DNA of 64,000 nucleotides from Alphaproteobacteria bacterium (GTDB lineage Bacteria; Pseudomonadota; Alphaproteobacteria; UBA828): NCBI GenBank assembly GCA_965221125.1, contig CBDCRW010000004.1, positions 1,056,776 to 1,120,775 of the forward strand, read 5' to 3'. Shown piece by piece: positions 54,594 to 64,000 of this stretch (position 1 is its first letter; each line of letters starts with the position of its first letter). The notes under the pieces were generated by a model. It saw only the letters and a program-made list of their open reading frames with translations, ran no database searches and was not told where the DNA came from. The position numbers and the translations under genes were made by a program.

Positions 54594-56194
54594 TGATAGT
54601 CTCCCCGATACCGGGGCTCACCCCGGCCCAGCTCGATCCCGTGAACCTGCGTGATGCCGAGCGGTGCGCCGACCTCGGCCGCGATCAGCAGAACCCGCTC
54701 CTCGCGCACCAGGTGCGCGCTGCGCCCGCCGAGAGGCGCGGGAATGTCCGCGTCGATGCTGCCCTGCCGGTCCGACACCGCACCCCGGTCGGTGAACCCC
54801 GTCACCATCAGGGTCTCGCCATGCGCGATCTTCCGGGTCACCTGCACCGCGCGCCCGCCGTAGGCCGGAAGCTGGATGGTGTGACCGTCGGTGGTGAAGG
54901 TGGTGAACCGCGGACGGTCCCGGAGACTGGCGTTGAGACGCACCAGAACCTCGTCCGGCCCGGTGATGCGCGCGAGGTAGGAGAGCGCGAAGCCCGACGA
55001 CACGGTGCCCGGCACCAGCTCGGTCTGCGCCACCCCCTCGCCGGCCGTGGTCCTGAGCTCCTTGAGATAGGCCTCGTTGGTGAGCTCCAGGAACTGCGCC
55101 GGCTTGCCGTTGAGCGAGGGGATGTCGGCGGACAGCACTCTGGATACCGTGCCCGCCCGGCTGAGCGCGCGGACCGCCGCCGCCAGCGTGTCTACGGCAC
55201 CTCCGGTGTCCACGGCGCCTCCGGTGTCGGTGGGCCTGATCAGCGAGACGGTGTCGCCCGCCACCGAAAGACCAACCGACGAGCCCAGCGTCTCGCTGAG
55301 CGAGACATCCACGCCGTGGTCGCTCTCGCGCTCGAAGCGCACCGCGTAGAGGTGGACGCTCAGCGTCACCGGGCGCAGCACCTCGCGGTTGAGCCAGGCG
55401 AGGTAGCCGCGCACCTTGCGCACGTCCGCAGGCGCGCCGCTCACCGTCACCGAGGCGCTCGCCGGCGAGACGGAAACCGTGCTCTCCTCGCCCACGAGCC
55501 CCGCGATCTGCTCTTCAATCTCGGGCCAGGGGTCGTAGACGGTCTCGCTCTCGATGGACTGCGCGCTGAGGCTGCTCGATCCGTCCTCGCCGGCCTGGTC
55601 CTGCGTCGACGACGAGGCGCCGTGGCGCTCGGTGCCGGCCAGAGCGTTGACCCGGAACACTGCCGTCAGCCGGCGCACGATCTCGATGCGGTTCGCGTCG
55701 GCATCGAAGCGCCACTCGTGGCCGGCGGCCTCGGTCCAGGCGTTCAGCAGACGGTCCAGGGGGCCGGTCCAGACGGCGCCGTTCGGCACCAGCAGGTCCG
55801 CGGCGGCGAAGGCCGTCCCCGCGTTCTTGCGGGCGGCGCCGACGAAGCGCACGGGGATGCCGGTGACGGCCTCGATGCGCGCCGCCAGCACTGCATCGTC
55901 ATCGGCGCCGGCCAACGGCAGGGTCACCGCGTCTTCGGTAAGCAGGCGCTCGGGCAGCGCGCCCTTCTCTTCTTCAATTGGCACCAGCCCCACCCAGGGC
56001 CGGTCCACCCGGCGCACCGTCACGTAGCCGGGCTCGGCCGGGGCCGTGCGCGCCGCCGCAGCGTCCCGGGCCACCGCACGCGCCTCTTCGCGCGCATCTT
56101 CAATTGCGCTCAGGCCACAGCCGGTCAGAGCGAGCAGGGCAGAAAGAGCCAGCGTTGAAGGCCGCACGATCCGCAAGCGTGTCCGCGCGCCCAT
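54590..56194 (-). CDS. pilN: PilN/BfpB-type lipoprotein secretin
   Basis: Lipobox LTGC, VTVSG, NGKPAQF and PGTVSSGF. Confidence 0.88.
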   Translation of the reverse strand: MGARTRLRIVRPSTLALSALLALTGCGLSAIEDAREEARAVARDAAAARTAPAEPGYVTVRRVDRPWVGLVPIEEEKGALPERLLTEDAVTLPLAGADDDAVLAARIEAVTGIPVRFVGAARKNAGTAFAAADLLVPNGAVWTGPLDRLLNAWTEAAGHEWRFDADANRIEIVRRLTAVFRVNALAGTERHGASSSTQDQAGEDGSSSLSAQSIESETVYDPWPEIEEQIAGLVGEESTVSVSPASASVTVSGAPADVRKVRGYLAWLNREVLRPVTLSVHLYAVRFERESDHGVDVSLSETLGSSVGLSVAGDTVSLIRPTDTGGAVDTGGAVDTLAAAVRALSRAGTVSRVLSADIPSLNGKPAQFLELTNEAYLKELRTTAGEGVAQTELVPGTVSSGFALSYLARITGPDEVLVRLNASLRDRPRFTTFTTDGHTIQLPAYGGRAVQVTRKIAHGETLMVTGFTDRGAVSDRQGSIDADIPAPLGGRSAHLVREERVLLIAAEVGAPLGITQVHGIELGRGEPRYRGDYQ

Positions 56195-56907
56195 TACTCG
56201 CTCTCCGGAGAGCAGGAGGACTCATCGGTGTCGGGTTCGGGTGGCGGCTCACCCGGATCCGGGCGCGGGGAACCCTCAATGGACCTCATCCACGAATCCA
56301 CCTTCGCACGCGCATAGCGCACGAACCGTCCGTCCTGGTAGAACTCCGGACCCCTGCCTTCGTCCCGCCAGCGGCCCAGGGTTCGCTCGGTCACATTCAG
56401 CACGGAAGCCACCTCGCACGGGTTCATGTACGGGCCCTCGCCCAAATCCGGCCAAAGCGTCTCCCCGTCGTCGCCTGCAGAGGCGTTCTCGGCGGCACCG
56501 GCGACTTCGATCAGCCGCCACTCCTCGACGTTCGTGCTCTGCCGCATCCAGTCGCGCACACGGTCCATGGTTTTCAGCTGCGGCGAGCGGCCCTTGAGCA
56601 CGCGCTTGACGAAGGATGTGTCCTTGAGCACCTCCCTGCCCGGCGCCGAGCGATTGGCGCCGGTGATCTTCAGGTACGCCTCCATCTCGCGCCGGAAGCG
56701 CGGCCCGATGGGCTCGAGGCCCATGGCCTTGAGAACGCGGTCGGCGGTCTTGAGGCGCGGCGAGCTCCCCTTCAGGAGCCTGAAGACGAAGCTGGGGTTT
56801 TTCACCGCTGCCCTTCCCAGCTTGCTGGGGCTGATGCCAGTGCGCTTGAGGAAGCGCCTGACGGTGTTTCGGAGGTCTTGTGCCGTATCGTGCATGGATA
56901 CGAACAT
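56194..56907 (-). CDS. Regulator with two tandem Cro-like domains and a C-terminal Xis/AlpA-like HTH
   Basis: Internal duplication FL..TG.S...GR...[N/D].SFV.R.LKG.SP.LKT.DRV; C-terminal EVASVLNVTERTLGRWR..GRGP.F...VRY. Confidence 0.8.
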   Translation of the reverse strand: MFVSMHDTAQDLRNTVRRFLKRTGISPSKLGRAAVKNPSFVFRLLKGSSPRLKTADRVLKAMGLEPIGPRFRREMEAYLKITGANRSAPGREVLKDTSFVKRVLKGRSPQLKTMDRVRDWMRQSTNVEEWRLIEVAGAAENASAGDDGETLWPDLGEGPYMNPCEVASVLNVTERTLGRWRDEGRGPEFYQDGRFVRYARAKVDSWMRSIEGSPRPDPGEPPPEPDTDESSCSPESE

Positions 56908-57272
56908 AGTGAGACCATTCGACCGACGCAATGGCCTATTGACGGTTATTTCATACACAACACGACATAGGGCGACATAAGCGGACAAATGTGGCGAAAA
57001 GCGACGCAATTCGGACGGAAACGCTACACGGAAATTGCCCGCTCAAGGCCGCTTCCCGGCGGGAATGTTGCCATGTGGCTGCGCGAATATGGCGCAGAGT
57101 GCTGTTTTCTGGAGCTCCGTTCGCGGCCGAGCGGCCGGTGTCTCGGGTCTACCGCAGACGGAAGAGCCGGGGCACGGGTTGAGTGAATTGAGAACAGACA
57201 TACAACATATGCTTGACAATACGTATATAGTGCCTAAAACATATCAACGATCCCACTTCCCGAGAACACTCC
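56908..57272. promoter_or_regulatory. Divergent CI/Cro-like control region
   Basis: AT-rich island between divergent regulators; TTGACA at 57213-57218; ~10-bp periodic GACA repeats at 56962-56990. Confidence 0.6.
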
Positions 57273-58016
57273 ATGCCCCATGACCGAAACGCCTCACAGC
57301 CTGCCGATGACAGGCACTTTCTCAAGACAGACCCCGTCAGGCAGAGAATCCGCGACCTCCTCCGGGAGCGCGACGGCACCATGCGCGAGGCCTCCCTCGC
57401 CATCGGAAGGGGCCCCTCTTACGTGCACCAGTTTCTCGAGCGTGGAACCCCCAAGGTGCTCCGCTCCCGCGACCGCAGCGCGCTGGCCGAATGGCTCGGC
57501 TGCGATCCCGAGAGCCTGCGCCAGGACTTTGTGCCAAGGCGCAGGCCCGCAAAACCCCACGTTCCGCGTTTCAAGCCGCCCCAGCTTCCCAACGCGCCGG
57601 TCTCGGCCGTGCGCGAGATGGCCGTCGACGCTTCCGCCGGTCCCGGAGCACTCAACGAGGACAACGCCGCCGAGGTCGCGCGCTGGTACATGCCCGACGC
57701 CATGATCCGCCACGAGGGACGCACCGCGCCCGAGAACCTGCGCATCCTCGGCGCACGCGGCGACTCCATGGAACCCCTCATCGGAGAGGGCGACAGGATC
57801 GTGGTCGACATCTCCCGCCGCATGCCGGTAACCGGCGAGATGGTGGTGCTCTGGGACGGCGGCGGCCTCGTGGTCAAGCGGGTCGAGATGCTGGCCCCCT
57901 CCGAGCCCCCCGCGATACGGCTGCTCTCCGCAAACCCGGACTACGAGCCCTATACCTGCCTGATCGACGAGGCCCATATCGTCGGCAAGGTGATCTGGAC
58001 CGTCAGGAAGGTCTGA
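57273..58016 (+). CDS. LexA/CI-like repressor with S24 autopeptidase
   Basis: N-terminal HTH (ASLAIGRGPSYVHQFL), SAG cleavage site, GDSMEP Ser and VVKR Lys. Confidence 0.92.
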   Translation: MPHDRNASQPADDRHFLKTDPVRQRIRDLLRERDGTMREASLAIGRGPSYVHQFLERGTPKVLRSRDRSALAEWLGCDPESLRQDFVPRRRPAKPHVPRFKPPQLPNAPVSAVREMAVDASAGPGALNEDNAAEVARWYMPDAMIRHEGRTAPENLRILGARGDSMEPLIGEGDRIVVDISRRMPVTGEMVVLWDGGGLVVKRVEMLAPSEPPAIRLLSANPDYEPYTCLIDEAHIVGKVIWTVRKV

Positions 58017-58139
58017 GCCGGACCGTCAGGCGCGAGGTCGCCGGCACCCGGGTACCGGCGCCCTTCTCGAAAATGACGTAGGCCGATCGCGCCGGGACCG
58101 CTAAGGTATTGACCAGTTGCATGACCACAAGGGGCTGCC

Positions 58140-58379
58140 GTGATCACCGTCAATCTGGCGCAAGCCAAGGCGCGCCTCAGCGAGCTTCTGGACAAGGTCG
58201 AGTCGGGGCAAGACGTGGTCATCACTCGTCGCGGCAAGGCCGTGGCGCACGTGTCTGCCGTCGTTCGACCCAGAAATCCGCTGCCGCTGGGAGACCTGGC
58301 AGAGTTTCGGGCGGCCATGCCTCGCTTGCGGCGCCCTGCCGCCGACTTGCTCCGCGAGCTGCGGGACGGGCGTTTGTGA
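58140..58379 (+). CDS. Phd/YefM antitoxin
   Basis: VNLAQAKARLSELLDKVESGQDVVITRRGK. Confidence 0.92.
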   Translation: MITVNLAQAKARLSELLDKVESGQDVVITRRGKAVAHVSAVVRPRNPLPLGDLAEFRAAMPRLRRPAADLLRELRDGRL

Positions 58380-58397
58380 AGTCGGCAATCCCCTCGG

Positions 58398-58850
58398 ATG
58401 CGCTATTTCGACACCAGTTTCCTCGTGCCCCTCATCCTGCCCGAGGCCACCAGCGAACCGATAGCCGACTTCTTCGAAGACCTGCCGGCCGACGAACTGG
58501 CGGTCAGCCACTGGACCCGGCTCGAGTTCGCCTCGCTGCTTGCCCGCGAGGTCCGCATGGGCGAGCTTGACCCCGCAGCGGCGCACGAGGCGGGTTCGCG
58601 GTTCGAATCCATGATCGAGGAGTCCTTTGTCGTCCTGTTGCCGGACCGTAACGATTTCGATCGGGCCAGAGATTGGGTCAACCGGTTCGAGACCGGTCTG
58701 AGGGCGGGGGACGCATTGCACCTCGCCATTGCCGCCAACCGCCGGGCCGATGCGATCTACAGCCTGGACAAGTCGATGGTGGCGGCCGCAACGAAGTTGG
58801 GCTTGCCGGCTACCGAAGGCATCCTCCTTTCGAGCCACGGTGATCGATGA
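58398..58850 (+). CDS. vapC: VapC PIN-domain toxin
   Basis: YFDTSFLV, E, LRAGDALHLA and SLD acidic quartet. Confidence 0.92.
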   Translation: MRYFDTSFLVPLILPEATSEPIADFFEDLPADELAVSHWTRLEFASLLAREVRMGELDPAAAHEAGSRFESMIEESFVVLLPDRNDFDRARDWVNRFETGLRAGDALHLAIAANRRADAIYSLDKSMVAAATKLGLPATEGILLSSHGDR

Positions 58851-59389
58851 CATCCCTCGGCGGGTTTGCCGGCGAGAATGTCGACCGACCCCATGTCGCT
58901 CGACGCCAACGCGCCCGGCCCCACACCCTCGCCGTCCATTACGTCTCGCTCTGGCCCCAAGTCGGAACCACCTGGAGACGCGGGCGCATACGACACGAAA
59001 GTGAAGCGCGCGGAGCCGAAAGCGGACATCTGGCTCCGCCCTCTGCGACGGGATTGGAAACGGACACTCAATCGCTAGAATCCCTAGGCGGCGCAACGCT
59101 TACCCATCACCCGGTGACCGAACAGATTCCCCTGCGCGCAGAGTTCGGCGTGTGTGTTGACTCAGTGTTTGCAGTGCAGTACGCAATGCTACATGCGGGG
59201 AGGGTGAAATCGGCAGTTGATTGATTTTACACGTCAAATTGGCGCCCTAAACCAAGCCGAAAAAATAGCACCGAAAGGCGCGTAGCCAAGCGAGCGGAGC
59301 GAGCGCCCGGCGCTTGAGGGATATGAACAAGGTAGACGCTCAGGAGGCCCCGCGATAGTGTCGCGCCGCCGGCGGGGGAGGGGCCTTTC

Positions 59390-60112
59390 ATGCGACCATC
59401 GGGCCGCAGAGTCGACGAGTTGCGGGCGGTCAGCCTGGAGCCCGGCGTGAGCAAGCACGCCGAGGGCTCCTGCCTGGTGCGCTTCGGCGACACGCACGTG
59501 CTCTGCACGGCGAGCGTGGAGGAGCGCGTGCCGCCCTTCCTGCGGAACAAGGGGCGGGGCTGGGTCACCGGGGAATACGGCATGCTGCCCCGCTCCACCG
59601 GCTCGCGGAGCGCGCGCGAGGCCGCGCGGGGGAGGCAAGGCGGGCGCACGCAGGAGATCCAGCGCCTGATCGGGCGTTCCCTCCGCGCCGTCTCCGACCT
59701 CCAGGCGCTGGGCGAACGCCAGATCACCCTCGACTGCGACGTCATCCAGGCGGACGGCGGCACCCGCACGGCAGCCATCACCGGCGCCTACGTCGCGCTG
59801 CATGCGGCGCTCGAGGGCCTCGTCGCGAGCGGCGCCATCGAGCGCGTGCCGCTCGCCGACCAGGTCGCGGCCGTGAGCTGCGGCATCGTGGGTGGCGAGG
59901 CGGTGCTCGACCTCGACTATGCCGAGGACAGCACGGCGGACGCGGACGCGAATTTCGTGCTGACCGCGAGCGGCGGGATCGTCGAAGTGCAGGGCACGGC
60001 GGAGGGCGACCCCTTCAGCGAGGCGCAGCTGATCGCCATGCTGGGGCTCGCCCGCGCGGGCGCGGAAGAGCTGTTCGCCCTGCAGCGGGACGCCCTCGCC
60101 GGGGCGCGCTAG
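59390..60112 (+). CDS. rph: Ribonuclease PH
   Basis: [26 protein letters not shown] and [14 protein letters not shown]. Confidence 0.98.
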   Translation: MRPSGRRVDELRAVSLEPGVSKHAEGSCLVRFGDTHVLCTASVEERVPPFLRNKGRGWVTGEYGMLPRSTGSRSAREAARGRQGGRTQEIQRLIGRSLRAVSDLQALGERQITLDCDVIQADGGTRTAAITGAYVALHAALEGLVASGAIERVPLADQVAAVSCGIVGGEAVLDLDYAEDSTADADANFVLTASGGIVEVQGTAEGDPFSEAQLIAMLGLARAGAEELFALQRDALAGAR

Positions 60113-60117
60113 GCGGC

Positions 60118-60732
60118 ATGGCCCGTCGTCTCGCGGCGGCGCGCCTGATCGTGGCGAGCCACAACGCCGGCAAGGTGCGCGAGATCGCGGCGCTGCTTGG
60201 GCCCCGCGGCATCGAGGCCGTGGGCGCCGCGGCGCTGGGCCTCGCAGAGCCGGAGGAGACCGGGGAGACCTTCATCGCGAACGCGGCGCTCAAGGCGCGC
60301 GCGGCCACGGACGCCAGCGGCGAGCCTGCGCTCGCCGACGATTCCGGCCTCGTGGTGCCGGCGCTCGATGGCGCGCCCGGCATTTTCTCGGCGCGCTGGG
60401 CGGGGACGGCCAAGGATTTTCGCGTGGCCATGGACCGCATCGAGGCGGAGCTGGCGGCGCGCAAGTGCGAGACCACGGGCGCTGCGGCCTACTTCGTCTG
60501 CGCGCTGGCCCTCGCCTGGCCGGACGGCCATTGCGAGACCGTCGACGGGCGCGTGGACGGGACGCTCACCTTTCCGCCGCGCGGCGGGCACGGCTTCGGC
60601 TACGATCCGATCTTCGTTCCCGACGGCCACAGGCGCACCTTCGGCGAGATGCCGGCGGAGGAGAAGCAGCCGCTGACCCACAGGGCGCGGGCCTTCGAGC
60701 AGCTGGCGGCGTGGCTGCCGCCCGGACCGTGA
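60118..60732 (+). CDS. rdgB: dITP/XTP pyrophosphatase
   Basis: [21 protein letters not shown] and THR. Confidence 0.97.
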   Translation: MARRLAAARLIVASHNAGKVREIAALLGPRGIEAVGAAALGLAEPEETGETFIANAALKARAATDASGEPALADDSGLVVPALDGAPGIFSARWAGTAKDFRVAMDRIEAELAARKCETTGAAAYFVCALALAWPDGHCETVDGRVDGTLTFPPRGGHGFGYDPIFVPDGHRRTFGEMPAEEKQPLTHRARAFEQLAAWLPPGP

Positions 60733-61916
60733 GCGGCGCGCCGGAACCGTCGCCGGCCGGAGCGCCCGCCGCGCTCGCTCTCTACGTCCACTGGCCGTTC
60801 TGCCTCTCCAAGTGCCCCTACTGCGACTTCAACAGCCACGTCCGTGACAGCGTGGATCAGGGCAGGTGGCGGGCCGCGCTGCTGCGCGAGCTCGACCATT
60901 ATGCTGCGCTGCTGCCGAGGGCGCGGGTCACCAGCATCTTCTTCGGCGGCGGCACGCCCTCGCTGATGCCGCCGGAGACCGCAGGGGCGGTCATCGAGCG
61001 GGCGGCTGTGCGGTGGACTCTCGCGGATGACGCCGAGATCACCCTCGAAGCCAATCCGACCTCCACCGAGGCGGCGCGGCTCGAAGAATTTCGTGCGGCC
61101 GGCATAAACCGGGTCTCGCTCGGCGTACAGGCGTTGGACGACCGCGCGCTCGCCTTCCTCGGGCGTGGGCACGACGCGGCCGAAGCGCGGCAGGCGGTCG
61201 CCCTGGCGCAGCGCATCATGCCGCGCAGCTCCTTCGACCTGATCTACGCGCGGCCGGGCCAGACGACCCAAGCCTGGCGCGCCGAGCTGGCGCAGGCTCT
61301 GGCGCTTGCCGGCGGCCACCTCTCGCTCTACCAGCTCACCGTCGAGAAGGGCACGCCCTTCTGGCGCGAGGCGCGCGACGGCGCGTTCGCGCTGCCCGAC
61401 GACGAGGAGGCACGCGCGCTCTACGACCTGACGCAGGAAATGACCATGGCCGCCGGCTTGGCGGCCTACGAGGTCTCCAACCACGCGCGGGGCGGCGACG
61501 CCTGCCGCCACAACCTCGCGTACTGGCGCTACGGCGACTATGCGGGCATCGGGCCCGGCGCGCACGGCCGCATCCGGCCGGCGGGGGAGAGGCGGCAGGC
61601 GACGCGCCAGCACGCAGGCCCGGAGGCGTGGCTCGCCGCCGTCGGGACGTGCGGCCACGGCACCGCCGAGACCCGCGCTCTCGACGGGCACGAGCAGGCG
61701 CGCGAGATGCTGATGATGGGGCTCAGGCTCGCGGAAGGGGTGTCGGAGGCGCACTTGAAGGCGCGCACGGGCTGCGATCCCGACCGGGTGATCGACCCTG
61801 CGGGCCTCGCCCGCCTTGTCGAAGCGGGCTACCTGGAGCGCCGGGGCGAGCGGCTCAGGGCCACCGCCGCCGGCCGGCCGCTCCTCAACGGCCTCCTGGT
61901 GGAACTTCTCGCCTGA
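60729..61916 (+). CDS. hemW: Radical SAM heme chaperone HemW
   Basis: [28 protein letters not shown] and HNLAYW; GTG start overlapping the rdgB stop. Confidence 0.95.
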   Translation: MSGAPEPSPAGAPAALALYVHWPFCLSKCPYCDFNSHVRDSVDQGRWRAALLRELDHYAALLPRARVTSIFFGGGTPSLMPPETAGAVIERAAVRWTLADDAEITLEANPTSTEAARLEEFRAAGINRVSLGVQALDDRALAFLGRGHDAAEARQAVALAQRIMPRSSFDLIYARPGQTTQAWRAELAQALALAGGHLSLYQLTVEKGTPFWREARDGAFALPDDEEARALYDLTQEMTMAAGLAAYEVSNHARGGDACRHNLAYWRYGDYAGIGPGAHGRIRPAGERRQATRQHAGPEAWLAAVGTCGHGTAETRALDGHEQAREMLMMGLRLAEGVSEAHLKARTGCDPDRVIDPAGLARLVEAGYLERRGERLRATAAGRPLLNGLLVELLA

Positions 61917-62020
61917 GCGCCACGCGCCGGCCCGCGTTGACAGGACCGGGGCGCGCGCCTATCTCTCGTTCACTGGCGTCGCCGCGGGCGGCGGCAAGCG
62001 TTGGCTGCCGGGATCGCACC

Positions 62021-64000
<1,980 letters not shown>

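Larger units (their letters stand above)
11464..59240. mobile_element. Integrated conjugative island (ICE-like); left boundary uncertain
   Basis: Pil, dot/icm, T4CP and relaxase genes plus a CI switch and a TA pair abut the core gene rph. No cognate integrase is seen in the window. Confidence 0.75.

Noticed and set aside
59236-59340. tRNA or tmRNA gene
   Set aside because: No T-loop (GTTCRA) or cloverleaf could be identified by eye.

Overview
GC-rich, probably alphaproteobacterial DNA. The right end (59.4-64 kb) is core chromosome: rph, rdgB, hemW and a partial secA. Most of the window (about 11.4-59.2 kb) is an integrated conjugative island. A CI-like S24 repressor faces a Cro-Cro-Xis-like gene that heads a ~42-kb co-oriented minus-strand transfer region. 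That region holds a type IVb thin-pilus cluster (pilN, O, P, Q, R, S, two pilV-like genes, prepilin peptidase), a Dot/Icm (MPF_I) T4BSS (dotD, C, B, icmT, dotI, H, G, icmC, icmD, dotO, dotA), ssb, and a TrwB-type coupling protein with a TrwC/MOB_F relaxase, followed by a NACHT NTPase. A 3,391-bp large-serine-recombinase element splits the relaxase just before its HUH motif. Excision would both restore the relaxase and join a start codon in frame to a DUF5372-like ORF at the circle junction. Two families of 18-bp DNA units, open in all six frames, sit in frame at about 19 loci in about 16 transfer genes, in both orientations and several reading frames. The left part (1-11.3 kb) is accessory cell-envelope cargo, including a dltC-A-D-B-X-like operon with a sulfotransferase and a changed adenylation-domain pocket. 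All calls come from motif recognition by eye; no database searches were run.
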